Origin: a virus
Taxonomy: Duplodnaviria > Heunggongvirae > Uroviricota > Caudoviricetes
Strand: one strand, 5' to 3'
Length of the DNA stretch: 64,000 nucleotides
IMG/VR virus record: IMGVR_UViG_3300031414_000001
Coordinates: 64,001 to 128,000 of that record
A program made the translations under genes and the position numbers. Shown piece after piece: positions 23,479-33,148 of this stretch (positions are counted from its first letter, which is position 1; each line of letters opens with the position of its first letter). The notes below the pieces were generated by a model. It was not told where the DNA came from and ran no database searches. It saw only the letters and a list, made by a program, of their open reading frames with translations.

Positions 23479-24093
23479 TTAAACAGTAATTTTTCTTGAT
23501 TCTTCTAGTGCTTTGTAATACGCTGCTTTAGCAATCGGATTAGATTCAATAACACTTAGTGCGTCTTCATTCGGCACACCAGCAAAGATTTGTTGTGTAC
23601 TATTTACTGTCTCAAAACCTTGACGTACTTCGTGAAGTGTACGAGGGAAGAAGTTCATGAAAGAACTATCAACTGATACGTTCATGTATTCTAGTCCACT
23701 TACAGATTCAGTGTGAACGTGACCGTGGATATTCTTTTTACCACGTAGTTCTTCAGGATGAATCGGTGAGTGTGACAACCAGAATTCTTTGTACTTCATT
23801 AATGCGTGTACTTCATCAAACGTTTCACAAAGTTTCTTAGTACTGATGTATTCTGAACAGTGATTACCAAGAATCAGAATTTTAGTACCAGGAAGTTCTT
23901 TGAAGAATGGTAGATACTTTTCATCAAAGACAGCATCGCCTAAGATAAACATAGTATCACGTTTTGTACAGGTTTCAGCGAGGATGTATTGAAAGTACAA
24001 GTCATTATGTAGAGTACTTTCAAAGACTGGACGGTATTTCCAGATATTTTTGTGACCCATATGGGTATCAGCGATAAAACGAGGGGTACTCAT
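23479..24093 (-). CDS. Calcineurin-like metallophosphoesterase (start moved to MSTPRF)
   Basis: DTHMGH, LGD, LGNH, SHSP, IHGHVH. Confidence 0.88.
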   Translation of the reverse strand: MSTPRFIADTHMGHKNIWKYRPVFESTLHNDLYFQYILAETCTKRDTMFILGDAVFDEKYLPFFKELPGTKILILGNHCSEYISTKKLCETFDEVHALMKYKEFWLSHSPIHPEELRGKKNIHGHVHTESVSGLEYMNVSVDSSFMNFFPRTLHEVRQGFETVNSTQQIFAGVPNEDALSVIESNPIAKAAYYKALEESRKITV

Positions 24094-24113
24094 AATAATT
24101 TTCCAAATAAGAA

Positions 24114-24133
24114 AAGGGAACCGAAGTTCCCTT
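24114..24133 (-). terminator. Terminator with cUUCGg loop
   Basis: Minus strand AAGGGAAC-TTCG-GTTCCCTT-TTCTT. Confidence 0.8.
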
Positions 24134-24140
24134 ATATAAA

Positions 24141-24872
24141 TTAGCAACCACTTACGTAGATGCTATAAACAGCGATACCAGTATCAACAGTTACGTTCAT
24201 CATACCAGTTTTGGTGAATCCCATTGTCTTAGATTCAGCACTGGATACGCGGTTCAGTGCTTGGAATACACGATCAATTGGATAACCGTAACCTTTGGTT
24301 AGATCACCTTCAGTTTTAGAGAACTGTAGGGTTCCTGTATGGTTGTTTTTATTCTTTTCACCAACGTAGAAGTATAAGCTGTCGTCCTCAGTGTAGGGAG
24401 TGACTAAAGCAGAGAAAGATTTAAACACGCCTGAGAAGCTTTTTAGTTCATTAACCTTTGCGGCACTAGGTGTAACCTGTACATCATATGGTTGGTCAGT
24501 GAATCGTGGTTGGTTCGGAATATATTTTTCCGCAACTACTAGATAGTTGGTATTTGCTTCGTCGGAATTGAAGGTCAGGCTTTTAACAACACCATCTTTC
24601 GCATTCACGCCGATTTTAGTACTTTCAGTCTTATAGACATTCAGGTTTAGTAGACCTTGAAGCATTCCAAGATTACCAATACCGAAACGACCTACAACTT
24701 CAGGTACGTCTTCTTTAGTATATGCTCGCATAACTAAATTTTTGTCAGAAGTATAAGCTTCCATATAAACACGTTGGCCTTCGCCACGATCTTCGCTTGA
24801 AATAGCGATACAATCAAAGTCAATTCCAGCGGTGGTGTTTACCAGGTCGCGTAGTACGTCACGTAATTCCAT
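24141..24872 (-). CDS. gp45: Putative sliding clamp (T4 gp45-like)
   Basis: 243 aa, FGIGNLGMLQGLL resembles gp45 FGIYDLxxFL; replication-class promoter; near polymerase. Confidence 0.65.
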   Translation of the reverse strand: MELRDVLRDLVNTTAGIDFDCIAISSEDRGEGQRVYMEAYTSDKNLVMRAYTKEDVPEVVGRFGIGNLGMLQGLLNLNVYKTESTKIGVNAKDGVVKSLTFNSDEANTNYLVVAEKYIPNQPRFTDQPYDVQVTPSAAKVNELKSFSGVFKSFSALVTPYTEDDSLYFYVGEKNKNNHTGTLQFSKTEGDLTKGYGYPIDRVFQALNRVSSAESKTMGFTKTGMMNVTVDTGIAVYSIYVSGC

Positions 24873-24902
24873 TTGTTAATTCTCCATGTTGTTAACGGGT
24901 AC

Positions 24903-24931
24903 ATTATACCATATAATTTCTACCCGTTTCA
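24903..24931 (-). promoter_or_regulatory. Pre-replicative promoter
   Basis: TGAAA-CG-N13-TGG-TATAAT. Confidence 0.75.
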
Positions 24932-24938
24932 TCTTTTT

Positions 24939-25415
24939 TTAAACGTTTCTTGTTGGTGTGGTGTTTTGAGCAATCACACTAAGGTAATCAACCATTTCTT
25001 TATTGGATGAATTTGATAAGAATCCAGTACCAGAATAAGAATTACCATCACCACTTACTGTAGTACCTTTATATTGCATCCAAGACGCATCTCCAGTACC
25101 TGTACCATAAGTATACAGTGGTTTTTGCTCGTTGTAGTACCAGATACCAGGATCTGGACGACCAAACGGATAAGATTTATCATTGTAAGGCCAAGATGTT
25201 TCTTTCTTTGGAACTTCTACAATTTTGATTACTTCTTTCGTTTTTTGTTCGATCTTAAACAGGGCGACGATTTTATCGCCCTCTTTAATAGATCCAACCT
25301 TTGTAAAACCAGCAGCAGTTAGTACATCTTCTTCATGTTTACTTTCAGCACGAATAATATCGTGCTTACCGTTAGAAAGAAGTGCTTCACCAATGCGTTC
25401 ATAAATGTTAGACAT
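24939..25415 (-). CDS. Hypothetical protein, 158 aa
   Basis: AAGGA SD; downstream of polymerase. Confidence 0.7.
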   Translation of the reverse strand: MSNIYERIGEALLSNGKHDIIRAESKHEEDVLTAAGFTKVGSIKEGDKIVALFKIEQKTKEVIKIVEVPKKETSWPYNDKSYPFGRPDPGIWYYNEQKPLYTYGTGTGDASWMQYKGTTVSGDGNSYSGTGFLSNSSNKEMVDYLSVIAQNTTPTRNV

Positions 25416-25430
25416 ATTTTTTATCCTTTA

Positions 25431-28400
25431 TTACCAACCGAAGAAACCAGTGTTTAATTCGATTGAACTCTTTTCGTCTATAGCAATATCCATATCCAGA
25501 ATACCGAAGATATTACCCAATTTCTTTGTCAGTACTGCCAATTCCATAGCATCATCATCGAACGGAAGTTCTAGATACCACTCTGGTAAGTAATCTACAC
25601 AGTCAATTGGATAACCAATCTTCTTAATACCTAATGGATTCGGTTTTAGGTCACAAACAATTACTTTAGTACCGTCTGTTGCTTCTGGAACTGATTTATC
25701 ATCGTTCAAATCACGAAGTTTGTTCCATTGAATAGCGGCTAGTACGTGTCCTACCTTACATTTACCTGTATCCTGGTATTCTTTCTCTTTATTGGTATAG
25801 TTTTTCACTGTTTTTGGTGAACCTTTCTCAATACTTGGCTTGTCTTTGAACTCTTTCTTGAACGCACGAACACGTTTACGTAGTTCTTCTTCAGTTTCAC
25901 CCACCAGCAACGCAATTAGCGTTTCTTCTAGGAAGTTCTGGATGTATTTTGGTGTGTCTGAACGTTTAATTTCAAGACCCATAGCTTTGATTTTACCAGG
26001 TTTACCATCCACATCTAAACGGAACCCATCTTCCCAATATTTCAGAATAGCATAACGCTTCTTCTTCAAGAATAAACCACGAGAACCAACCATTTCTAAG
26101 TCAGCACCAACGATTTTACCCTTTTCAATACCAGTATTAAAGGTTTGATCCATAAATTCAGGGAATGATGCACCTACAGTGTCACCAATCATTTGATAAA
26201 GTTCTACAACTTCATCTTTAGACATTTCAAATGGAATGTCATTCTCTTTGTAGTAATGTGCTACGCTGAAATACACGGAATCCGTGTCACCATATACAAC
26301 TACACCACCACTATGATCGTATGTTTCAGTACATACTTCATTAATCTTACTCGCCATGTGCTTAGTCATGCTACGACCAGTTAATGTAACTGATTGTCCT
26401 AGACGTTTGTCGAAGAAACGTGAACCTTTGTTCAACAACGCACCATATAGTGAGTTTAGAAGAATCTTACGAATCTGTTGGTTCTGTTTCCAGAACGCAG
26501 ACTGAGTTTTACAGTACTTTTTATCGGAATCTTGTACGAATACACGACCATTCTCTAAACGCATACCATTATCAGCGATAATCTTAGCAAGTTCAGCATA
26601 ATTCTTGTCAGCAAGAGCTAAACGCATCAGATAAATCGGATCACCTTCGTGCAAGTTCGTTTTATGGATACCAGCACCAAATTGTAGTGATTTTAGTACT
26701 TCTTCAAGTTCTTGTAAAGCTTCTTCTGGCATTTCCCAACCATCTGTTGCCAGGTGTTTGTAGTCAATAACCATTTTCTGTTGTGCTTTACGTTCTGAGT
26801 ACCATACTGTAAGAATTTCTGGAATTACACCGTACTTAGTCTTATCAAATAGAGTACCGTTCGCACTTAGTACGATAGTACTGTCTTCACTAAAGATAAT
26901 ATCATATAATTCCGCACCTGTAGCTTGGAAACTTGTACCATCTTCTAGATCTACAGTAATGATTTCGTCAGATTTCTCACGAACCATTGTAAATTCAACA
27001 CTTGCGAACAAACCGTGCCATGCTTCAGTATATTTCGGCTCAAAACGTCCTTTTCCGCGATAACGCTGACGTTGTTCCTCAATACGTGCTGCTAGATAAG
27101 CTTCAGTATAAGTTTGACGTAGTTGACCAAGGATACATTCAGTACTCATGCCTAAAGCACGTAGAACTGTTGGATATAGTGAGTTAAAGTCCGTACAACC
27201 TAACCAATCAATCAATCCTAGTACTGGATCTTGTACCCAAGCACCAGCAGCCTTAGAACCTTTAGGTTGTTCGTCTTCATCATCTTCATCGTCATCATAA
27301 TCAATTTCGTAGTCCTGATATTCGAAATCAGCTTCATCATCATCAAGTTTACGCTTGTTGAATACTACTTCACCACGTTGGTGAGCCAGATTGATGATTG
27401 CCGTGTCAATTAGTGCTACTGAACCCATTGTAGTACTGATAAGTACACATTCTTTGTGTGCTAGTCGGTTATGTAGGTTGATGAAGTCCATTTTCTCGTC
27501 TATTTTCTTCAACAAGATACTATCTTGCTTAGAATAACGTAAGAATGTCATGTAATCTTCACGATATAACTTATCCAAAGACCCATCATAGGATACTTTG
27601 TTCTCGCCAGTTACTTTTTCAGCAATATAATCTAGTTTATATGACTGTTCTACTTGTCCAGCATGTTTCTTATAAAGAGCTAGATAGTCTAGGTGAACAC
27701 GTCCAACTAAATCAAAGGTTACAATGGTTTTACCAAACATATCTGCTTCACGAGCGTTTGGTTTCTTGTTCCATAAGCACCAACGAGCAAGAGTAGCTTC
27801 ATTAAAGAGCTTTCTTGTACGGTTTACCATGTATGGAATATCAAAGAATTCGCTGTTCCAGCCAGAGAGTACGTCGCCGTCTTCAATTAGCTCGAAGAAC
27901 GTTTCAAACATCTCTGTTTCTTCAGTATAGAGGATGACAATACTATCAGGATTGTCAGTTTCCGCATTGAGGCGGTTAATAATGTCCTGAGCTTCATGGA
28001 TTTCCATACCAGATGGAGCCATTGTAAGAACATAGTCCTTACCTGTCCAGCTTTGGTACAAAGAAATTGCTGTTACTCGGTTGAATGGATCACTCGGCTG
28101 AGCATATCCGAACTTAGGGTGAAAGTCTGTTTCAATATCGAAGAATACGATATTAAGGTCAGGAGAAGACTTACCCATGTAATGTTTCGCAAGGGTTTTA
28201 AATGTCACATTACAATCTGCTTCATAAATCTTAGCAGAAACAGGTAATGATTCCATTTGTTTTTTCATATCTGAATAGCGAGAGAACTCAAACTTCTCGG
28301 CAAAAGTGCCATTGATAGTTTTATGTTCACCACGTGGAGATTCTACATAGTACTCGTATACTGGTTCAATTTCGCGTAGAACACGACGACCATTAATACG

Positions 28401-28460
28401 TTCAGCAACGTGTAGTACTTCTCCAGTACGTTTCCTATCCATATATCCATCTATATACAT
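25431..28460 (-). CDS. gp43: Family B DNA polymerase (T4 gp43-like)
   Basis: Exo FDIET, WNSEFFDIPY; Pol DFNSLYP, KILLNSLYG, YGDTDS, KKRY. Confidence 0.97.
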   Translation of the reverse strand: MYIDGYMDRKRTGEVLHVAERINGRRVLREIEPVYEYYVESPRGEHKTINGTFAEKFEFSRYSDMKKQMESLPVSAKIYEADCNVTFKTLAKHYMGKSSPDLNIVFFDIETDFHPKFGYAQPSDPFNRVTAISLYQSWTGKDYVLTMAPSGMEIHEAQDIINRLNAETDNPDSIVILYTEETEMFETFFELIEDGDVLSGWNSEFFDIPYMVNRTRKLFNEATLARWCLWNKKPNAREADMFGKTIVTFDLVGRVHLDYLALYKKHAGQVEQSYKLDYIAEKVTGENKVSYDGSLDKLYREDYMTFLRYSKQDSILLKKIDEKMDFINLHNRLAHKECVLISTTMGSVALIDTAIINLAHQRGEVVFNKRKLDDDEADFEYQDYEIDYDDDEDDEDEQPKGSKAAGAWVQDPVLGLIDWLGCTDFNSLYPTVLRALGMSTECILGQLRQTYTEAYLAARIEEQRQRYRGKGRFEPKYTEAWHGLFASVEFTMVREKSDEIITVDLEDGTSFQATGAELYDIIFSEDSTIVLSANGTLFDKTKYGVIPEILTVWYSERKAQQKMVIDYKHLATDGWEMPEEALQELEEVLKSLQFGAGIHKTNLHEGDPIYLMRLALADKNYAELAKIIADNGMRLENGRVFVQDSDKKYCKTQSAFWKQNQQIRKILLNSLYGALLNKGSRFFDKRLGQSVTLTGRSMTKHMASKINEVCTETYDHSGGVVVYGDTDSVYFSVAHYYKENDIPFEMSKDEVVELYQMIGDTVGASFPEFMDQTFNTGIEKGKIVGADLEMVGSRGLFLKKKRYAILKYWEDGFRLDVDGKPGKIKAMGLEIKRSDTPKYIQNFLEETLIALLVGETEEELRKRVRAFKKEFKDKPSIEKGSPKTVKNYTNKEKEYQDTGKCKVGHVLAAIQWNKLRDLNDDKSVPEATDGTKVIVCDLKPNPLGIKKIGYPIDCVDYLPEWYLELPFDDDAMELAVLTKKLGNIFGILDMDIAIDEKSSIELNTGFFGW

Positions 28461-28490
28461 CTTATCTCCTTATAATTACGTACTTAAAAC

Positions 28491-28515
28491 TAAAGCCCCA
28501 TCCATTGGGGCTTTA
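28491..28515 (-). terminator. Hairpin terminator between dsbA-like gene and polymerase
   Basis: TAAAGCCCCA-TCCAT-TGGGGCTTTA. Confidence 0.7.
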
Positions 28516-28519
28516 TTTA

Positions 28520-28825
28520 TTACTCGTCTTCGTCTTCCATTGAAGCCAAGTTACCGGAAACGGTAAGGATGGTTTCAACTTCGTCCTGATCGCGAACTTT
28601 ATCGAAGAAGTCTTGCTTGTAGATACGCATCGCAGCAGATTTCAACTTAGATTTGTCAAGACCTAGTTCATCTGCTAGAGTATCCATGAAGTCGCCATAT
28701 GATTCTTTAAGTGTATCAAGGTGGGTCAACTGTACTACCGCAGAATTCAAGCCATCTTTGAGTTTCTTACGTTGTGCGTCGTTCAACTCATGTGCTTCAA
28801 TTTTAGATTCTGTCTTCTTAGCCAT
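28520..28825 (-). CDS. dsbA: Double-stranded DNA-binding protein (T4 DsbA-like)
   Basis: 101 aa; LADELGLDKSKLKSAAMRIYKQDF pattern. Confidence 0.65.
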   Translation of the reverse strand: MAKKTESKIEAHELNDAQRKKLKDGLNSAVVQLTHLDTLKESYGDFMDTLADELGLDKSKLKSAAMRIYKQDFFDKVRDQDEVETILTVSGNLASMEDEDE

Positions 28826-28845
28826 TTGTGTATTTCTCCATGTAT

Positions 28846-28878
28846 AAAAAAAAGCATCCTAACTCTCCGCTAGGATGC
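28846..28878 (-). terminator. Terminator after the tail-fibre operon, abutting a promoter
   Basis: Minus strand GCATCCTA-loop-TAGGATGC-T8. Confidence 0.8.
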
Positions 28879-28882
28879 CTAC

Positions 28883-28911
28883 ATTATAGCACAGGAATTT
28901 TACCCGTTTCA
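28883..28911 (-). promoter_or_regulatory. Pre-replicative promoter for dsbA-polymerase
   Basis: TGAAA-CG-N13-TGC-TATAAT. Confidence 0.75.
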
Positions 28912-29322
28912 GTTATTTTTGAGCTTTTCTTCTAACTTAGCTTTGAGTTCTTCGAACTCTGCTTTCTCAGCAGCAGTCATTTTGGACTTCAACATCAACA
29001 TGAATAGTTGGTTTTTAATGTCCTCTGTTGTTTCCCTCTTAGGAAACTCAGTTAGATAGAATTTTTCACCATCATAAGAGTACTTAACTAGTTCCAGGTC
29101 ATCTGGAACATCTTCAGGCTGAACAATATGAAGATTAGTTTCATTTGGATTCAGTGTAGTAGCATCATGATTGAATCCTACTACAACATTACGTTCATTT
29201 GTTAGTACTTTAAGTGTATCTGTCTCAGTGTTATCAGCATAATCATACCAGTCTTGACCGTTTTCGTCAATCCAGTACTGAACATTACTGTAACCACCTT
29301 CTTTATTATATCTCTTAAACAT
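28909..29322 (-). CDS. Tail fibre assembly chaperone (start near MFKRY)
   Basis: DENGQDWY motif, directly after tail fibre; start could be TTG 29328. Confidence 0.75.
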   Translation of the reverse strand: MFKRYNKEGGYSNVQYWIDENGQDWYDYADNTETDTLKVLTNERNVVVGFNHDATTLNPNETNLHIVQPEDVPDDLELVKYSYDGEKFYLTEFPKRETTEDIKNQLFMLMLKSKMTAAEKAEFEELKAKLEEKLKNN

Positions 29323-30931
29323 CGTCAATTGTTCTCCATGAACCATCAATAAGAATTTGTACAGGTCTAGCAAACATAGTACGGAATTCATCTTTCTCAC
29401 CACTACTTGAACCAACCCAAAAACCAGTTACATATGAACCTGGAGCACAACGATAGGTAAATGTTTCATGACCTAATGATTCACGGTCTGTAGCAATTTC
29501 AGAACCACGACGCACATTAGTTACTACACCACCAGTAATACTTAGAGTTACGTTACCGTTAGCATCAGCAGTTGTTCCATTAATAGCACGTACAATATTA
29601 CGTCCACCAACAGTACCAGATTGACCACTAACAACTAAACCAGTAGTAGTTAGAACAGCAGTATTAGAAATACTTACTTCAGCACCACCAGCACTACGTA
29701 AACGAAGGGTGTTAGTACTAGAACTATGATAGATAGCAGCACGTTCACCACCTGAGCTATTCTGGAACCAGAATACTAGGTTAGTATCGTTAGCACGAAC
29801 AGCAGCACTGTTAGCAATGGTTAATGAACCAGTCATTACATCACCAGACTTCAATACATAACGAGCATCACCCGCATCTTGGTTCAAAGCAAGACTTGGT
29901 TCAGCAATATTATATAGCATAGCTACATTAAAGTGTCCAACATCAATACCAGTTAGATTATGGTTATGTGTTGTTGTATTTCCATTAGGATAAATTGGAT
30001 ATGTTGTTGTAAAAGCACGACGACTATCAGAACCTTCAGCGGCGGTAGTCCAATACTGTTGTTTATCACCAGTAATGATAGCACCTGTATAAGCACGACC
30101 ATCATTCCAAGTTTTACCTATAATGAATACACCATCATCGCCTTGGCTTCCACCTAGACCAATCATCATACCAGTACCGTGATAGTGATCAGGTACAGTA
30201 ATGGTGGCTGAACTAATAGTACCTGAGCCTGCGATTACTGAATCAATTTTAGTTACACCACTAGTGGTTATTCCTTTCATGTATGCTTCTTGGTTTAAAT
30301 TTGGAACAACTTTAGTTACAGTTGTAGTACCATTCCATGTCCACCATAAACCATCAGCGAAAGCCCAACCAGTTTTAGTTACATAAGGTGCTGCTTGAGT
30401 ACCATTACGTCCTGATTGTCCACCAGTTACCCCACTCAACTGTTCACGAATACTCGCAACAGATTGTCCAGAAGTTAATGCGTATTGCATAATACTACCA
30501 GGAGGTGAAGATGTAAACAATCCAGGAACTGCTGTTCCACCACCACTTGTACTGGTAGGGAATACAATATTCAAGTTTGTTCCACTTACAGAAGCAGAAG
30601 CAACAGCACTTGAACTATAGGTAACAGTACTAACGCGGTTAGCAAGTTGGTTATAAATGTTTGTCAATGAAACATTGACTGGAGCTAGAATATCATCTTG
30701 AGATAGCAATTCTACCCATGAAATTCCGTTATGATATTTTAATGTTTTTGAGGTAGTGTCAAAGACAACTGCCCCAGCTTCACCGATTGGTAAAACCTTA
30801 TTAGGCATAATAATCGAAGAAGCATTAAGTCTTAATGGACGTGGAACCGTTGGTGTTCCACCTTCAATGACTATACTTGCTGTATTAGTACTAGTTATAG
30901 TACCAGCAGCGTGATTAAATCTTATACTCAT
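29315..30931 (-). CDS. Tail fibre protein with collar domain
   Basis: PPGSIMQY/GWAFADG/VPNL collar motifs, HxH motifs, GDVMTGSL, C-terminal RPVQILIDGSWRT; late box at 30964-30969. Confidence 0.85.
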   Translation of the reverse strand: MSIRFNHAAGTITSTNTASIVIEGGTPTVPRPLRLNASSIIMPNKVLPIGEAGAVVFDTTSKTLKYHNGISWVELLSQDDILAPVNVSLTNIYNQLANRVSTVTYSSSAVASASVSGTNLNIVFPTSTSGGGTAVPGLFTSSPPGSIMQYALTSGQSVASIREQLSGVTGGQSGRNGTQAAPYVTKTGWAFADGLWWTWNGTTTVTKVVPNLNQEAYMKGITTSGVTKIDSVIAGSGTISSATITVPDHYHGTGMMIGLGGSQGDDGVFIIGKTWNDGRAYTGAIITGDKQQYWTTAAEGSDSRRAFTTTYPIYPNGNTTTHNHNLTGIDVGHFNVAMLYNIAEPSLALNQDAGDARYVLKSGDVMTGSLTIANSAAVRANDTNLVFWFQNSSGGERAAIYHSSSTNTLRLRSAGGAEVSISNTAVLTTTGLVVSGQSGTVGGRNIVRAINGTTADANGNVTLSITGGVVTNVRRGSEIATDRESLGHETFTYRCAPGSYVTGFWVGSSSGEKDEFRTMFARPVQILIDGSWRTIDDV

Positions 30932-30973
30932 ATAAATCAGTCCTCACGTTTATATTATAGAGATATTTATGAA

Positions 30974-31285
30974 TTATTCCTGAGCTTCATCAAGATCATC
31001 TTTTACGCCATCTATCATATTGGCTGCGAGCTTTTTAGGCATTTTATACCACTCTTTACCAGTACCTTGAGTTGCGTTCATCTGCTTTAGACGTTTATTA
31101 ACTTCCTTTTCAGCAGCTTTAGCATCTTCAAATTGTACTTCATGATAAACTTCATAATCTCTAAACGGAGAACCAGTTTGATACGTACTTAATCTGGTTT
31201 TCATTTCTTCTTTTGACGTAAATCCAATCTTAACCCATTCAGGCCAAGCTTGATTCACGATTACGTAACAAATTTGATTAGCCAT
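30974..31285 (-). CDS. Stand-alone GIY-YIG superfamily (T5orf172/Mug113-like) protein
   Basis: CYVI...WVKIGFT...RL..YQTGSP...E..V...EWY. Confidence 0.85.
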   Translation of the reverse strand: MANQICYVIVNQAWPEWVKIGFTSKEEMKTRLSTYQTGSPFRDYEVYHEVQFEDAKAAEKEVNKRLKQMNATQGTGKEWYKMPKKLAANMIDGVKDDLDEAQE

Positions 31286-31314
31286 AACATTTCCCCTCTA
31301 AATTAGTGGGGTAT

Positions 31315-31743
31315 TTAGCCTTTCAAAATCTGTACTTTTACGCCATGATTGCTTAAATTTTGTAGTACTGGATTAGAATTCAACATTTCTCGTACTGGAA
31401 CTGGTTGATTGAACTCAGTTACTTGTGTAGCACCAAAAGTAATTGGAGGTGAGTCATTAAGCATTGGAGCACCTGGATTTTCACGTGTTAGCTTACCTTG
31501 ATAGTACTGAATATATTGCTCATATGTCATTTCTTGAATATCTGAACACATAACATCGTTGACATAACGATTCATGTCATAGTAAACTGTTTCGAAGCCA
31601 CAACAAAGTACTCCTAAGTCTTCGATGTATCCAACCATCTTATACTCTTGGAATAGTACTTCGAATTTGCTGTATACACTACGGTGATATTCTTGTTTAG
31701 TGTTAAGATACACTACGACTATTGAATCTGGTTTAATGATCAT
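31315..31743 (-). CDS. Hypothetical protein (start moved to MIIKPD)
   Basis: GGAGA SD before ATG 31743; promoter at 31759-31787. Confidence 0.7.
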   Translation of the reverse strand: MIIKPDSIVVVYLNTKQEYHRSVYSKFEVLFQEYKMVGYIEDLGVLCCGFETVYYDMNRYVNDVMCSDIQEMTYEQYIQYYQGKLTRENPGAPMLNDSPPITFGATQVTEFNQPVPVREMLNSNPVLQNLSNHGVKVQILKG

Positions 31744-31758
31744 ATTATTGTCTCCATG

Positions 31759-31787
31759 ATTATAGCACAAAAGGTGCTCGCGTTTCA
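31759..31787 (-). promoter_or_regulatory. Pre-replicative promoter
   Basis: TGAAA-CG-N13-TGC-TATAAT. Confidence 0.7.
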
Positions 31788-31824
31788 ACCAATATGCTAT
31801 TTACTTTATGGATTCCAGAAACGC

Positions 31825-31851
31825 GAAAAGGACGCATATAGCGTCCTTTTC
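31825..31851 (-). terminator. Terminator after major capsid gene (AAGGACGC stem family)
   Basis: GAAAAGGACGC-ATATA-GCGTCCTTTTC. Confidence 0.85.
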
Positions 31852-31895
31852 TTTGATAAAACATCAGATTTATTTAAATCTAAATGGTCACTTCA

Positions 31896-33071
31896 TTACA
31901 TGAAGGTTACGTTGCGGATAGCAATTTTGCTGTAGTAGTCAGCAGCGTTACCTAGAGATGAAGTACTGTCGGTTAGTTGTACGTAGCCATAACGAGTTAG
32001 GAAGCTAGTTACTAGCTCACCAGTGTTAGGGTCCATTACAGTACCAGAAGCCATCAATGGGATGTATGGGCAGTAGAATGCACCAGCATCAGTTTCTTGA
32101 GAACCTTTATAACCGATTAGTACATCAGTACTGTCATCAGCATAGGTATCAACATAAACACGCATTGTGGAGTTTAGTACACCAACGAATTTCACGTTAG
32201 TTGGAGCTTCGAATACACCTTCAGTAGTACGAGCAAAACTAGAAGTAGTTGCTGACTGTAGAATGGTTAGAGCAGTTGGAGAAACAACGGCCCAGTTCGC
32301 AGCACCACGTTTGGTACGACGAGCAACTTCGTTTGCTTGACGGTTGATTAGAGTAGCTAGAGCAGCGTGTTCATCACCAACGAAGGTAGCAACACCAGTT
32401 ACTTTAGATTGGTCATAAACAACAGCAGCAGCACCTGGTAGAGCACGTAGACGAGCTAGTAGTTCTTGGTCGATCTCAGTAGTGATTTCTTGTGCGATAG
32501 CAGCCATTAGTTCAGCTTCAACGTCAATACCGTGTTGTGCTTGTGCATCTTGAGCAGATTCAACAGTCCAACGAGCAGATAGACGACGAGATTGAGCTTC
32601 TACGGTTTCACGTAGAATACGGATGTTCACACGACGACCCATAACACCTTCTAGTTGAGAAGTAGGAGCAGCACGTGGTGCAGTGTTATCGGAGTTGATT
32701 TCACCAGTATAAGATTTTGCAATCTTGTATGGAGAAAGTGCTTCTTCACCAGCAACAACACCTGGTGCGTTGTCAGCGTATTGAACACGTAGAGTGTGAA
32801 TTTGACCAACTGGACCAGTCATAGGTTGAACACCGATGATTTCGTTAGCAATAACGGTTGGCATTACACGACGGATAATTGGTAGAATTACTTTGTTTAG
32901 TGTAGCAATGTTACCAGCAGAAGTTGCACCAGCGGTAGCACTTTCACGTAGCATTACTTTACGTTGGTTATCTAGAACTGCTTCCATGACAGTTTTGCGA
33001 TTACCATTTAGACCTTCAACAAGCTTATCTTTTACAGCAGCCCATTTAGATTCAGTTAATAGTTGTGACAT
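31896..33071 (-). CDS. gp23: Major capsid protein (T4 gp23-like; start MSQLLTES)
   Basis: IRRVMP..IA..IIGVQPMTGPVG, EITTEID, GYKG...DAGAFYCPYIPL, TRYG; AGGAG SD; late box at 33116-33121. Confidence 0.97.
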   Translation of the reverse strand: MSQLLTESKWAAVKDKLVEGLNGNRKTVMEAVLDNQRKVMLRESATAGATSAGNIATLNKVILPIIRRVMPTVIANEIIGVQPMTGPVGQIHTLRVQYADNAPGVVAGEEALSPYKIAKSYTGEINSDNTAPRAAPTSQLEGVMGRRVNIRILRETVEAQSRRLSARWTVESAQDAQAQHGIDVEAELMAAIAQEITTEIDQELLARLRALPGAAAVVYDQSKVTGVATFVGDEHAALATLINRQANEVARRTKRGAANWAVVSPTALTILQSATTSSFARTTEGVFEAPTNVKFVGVLNSTMRVYVDTYADDSTDVLIGYKGSQETDAGAFYCPYIPLMASGTVMDPNTGELVTSFLTRYGYVQLTDSTSSLGNAADYYSKIAIRNVTFM

Positions 33072-33148
33072 TATAATCTCCTTAAAAGATATTTTTTTGC
33101 TTTTCTGTATGCTTTTATTTATCACTCAGAAAAATTAGCATTTAATAA

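Noticed and set aside
25431-28460. Intein or intron in polymerase (also checked terminase, helicase, UvsX)
   Set aside because: No intein termini or endonuclease motifs; frames are continuous
30974-31285. GIY-YIG-like ORF as a mobile homing endonuclease or intron
   Set aside because: Only 103 aa, no DNA-binding extension, no interrupted gene or intron core around it
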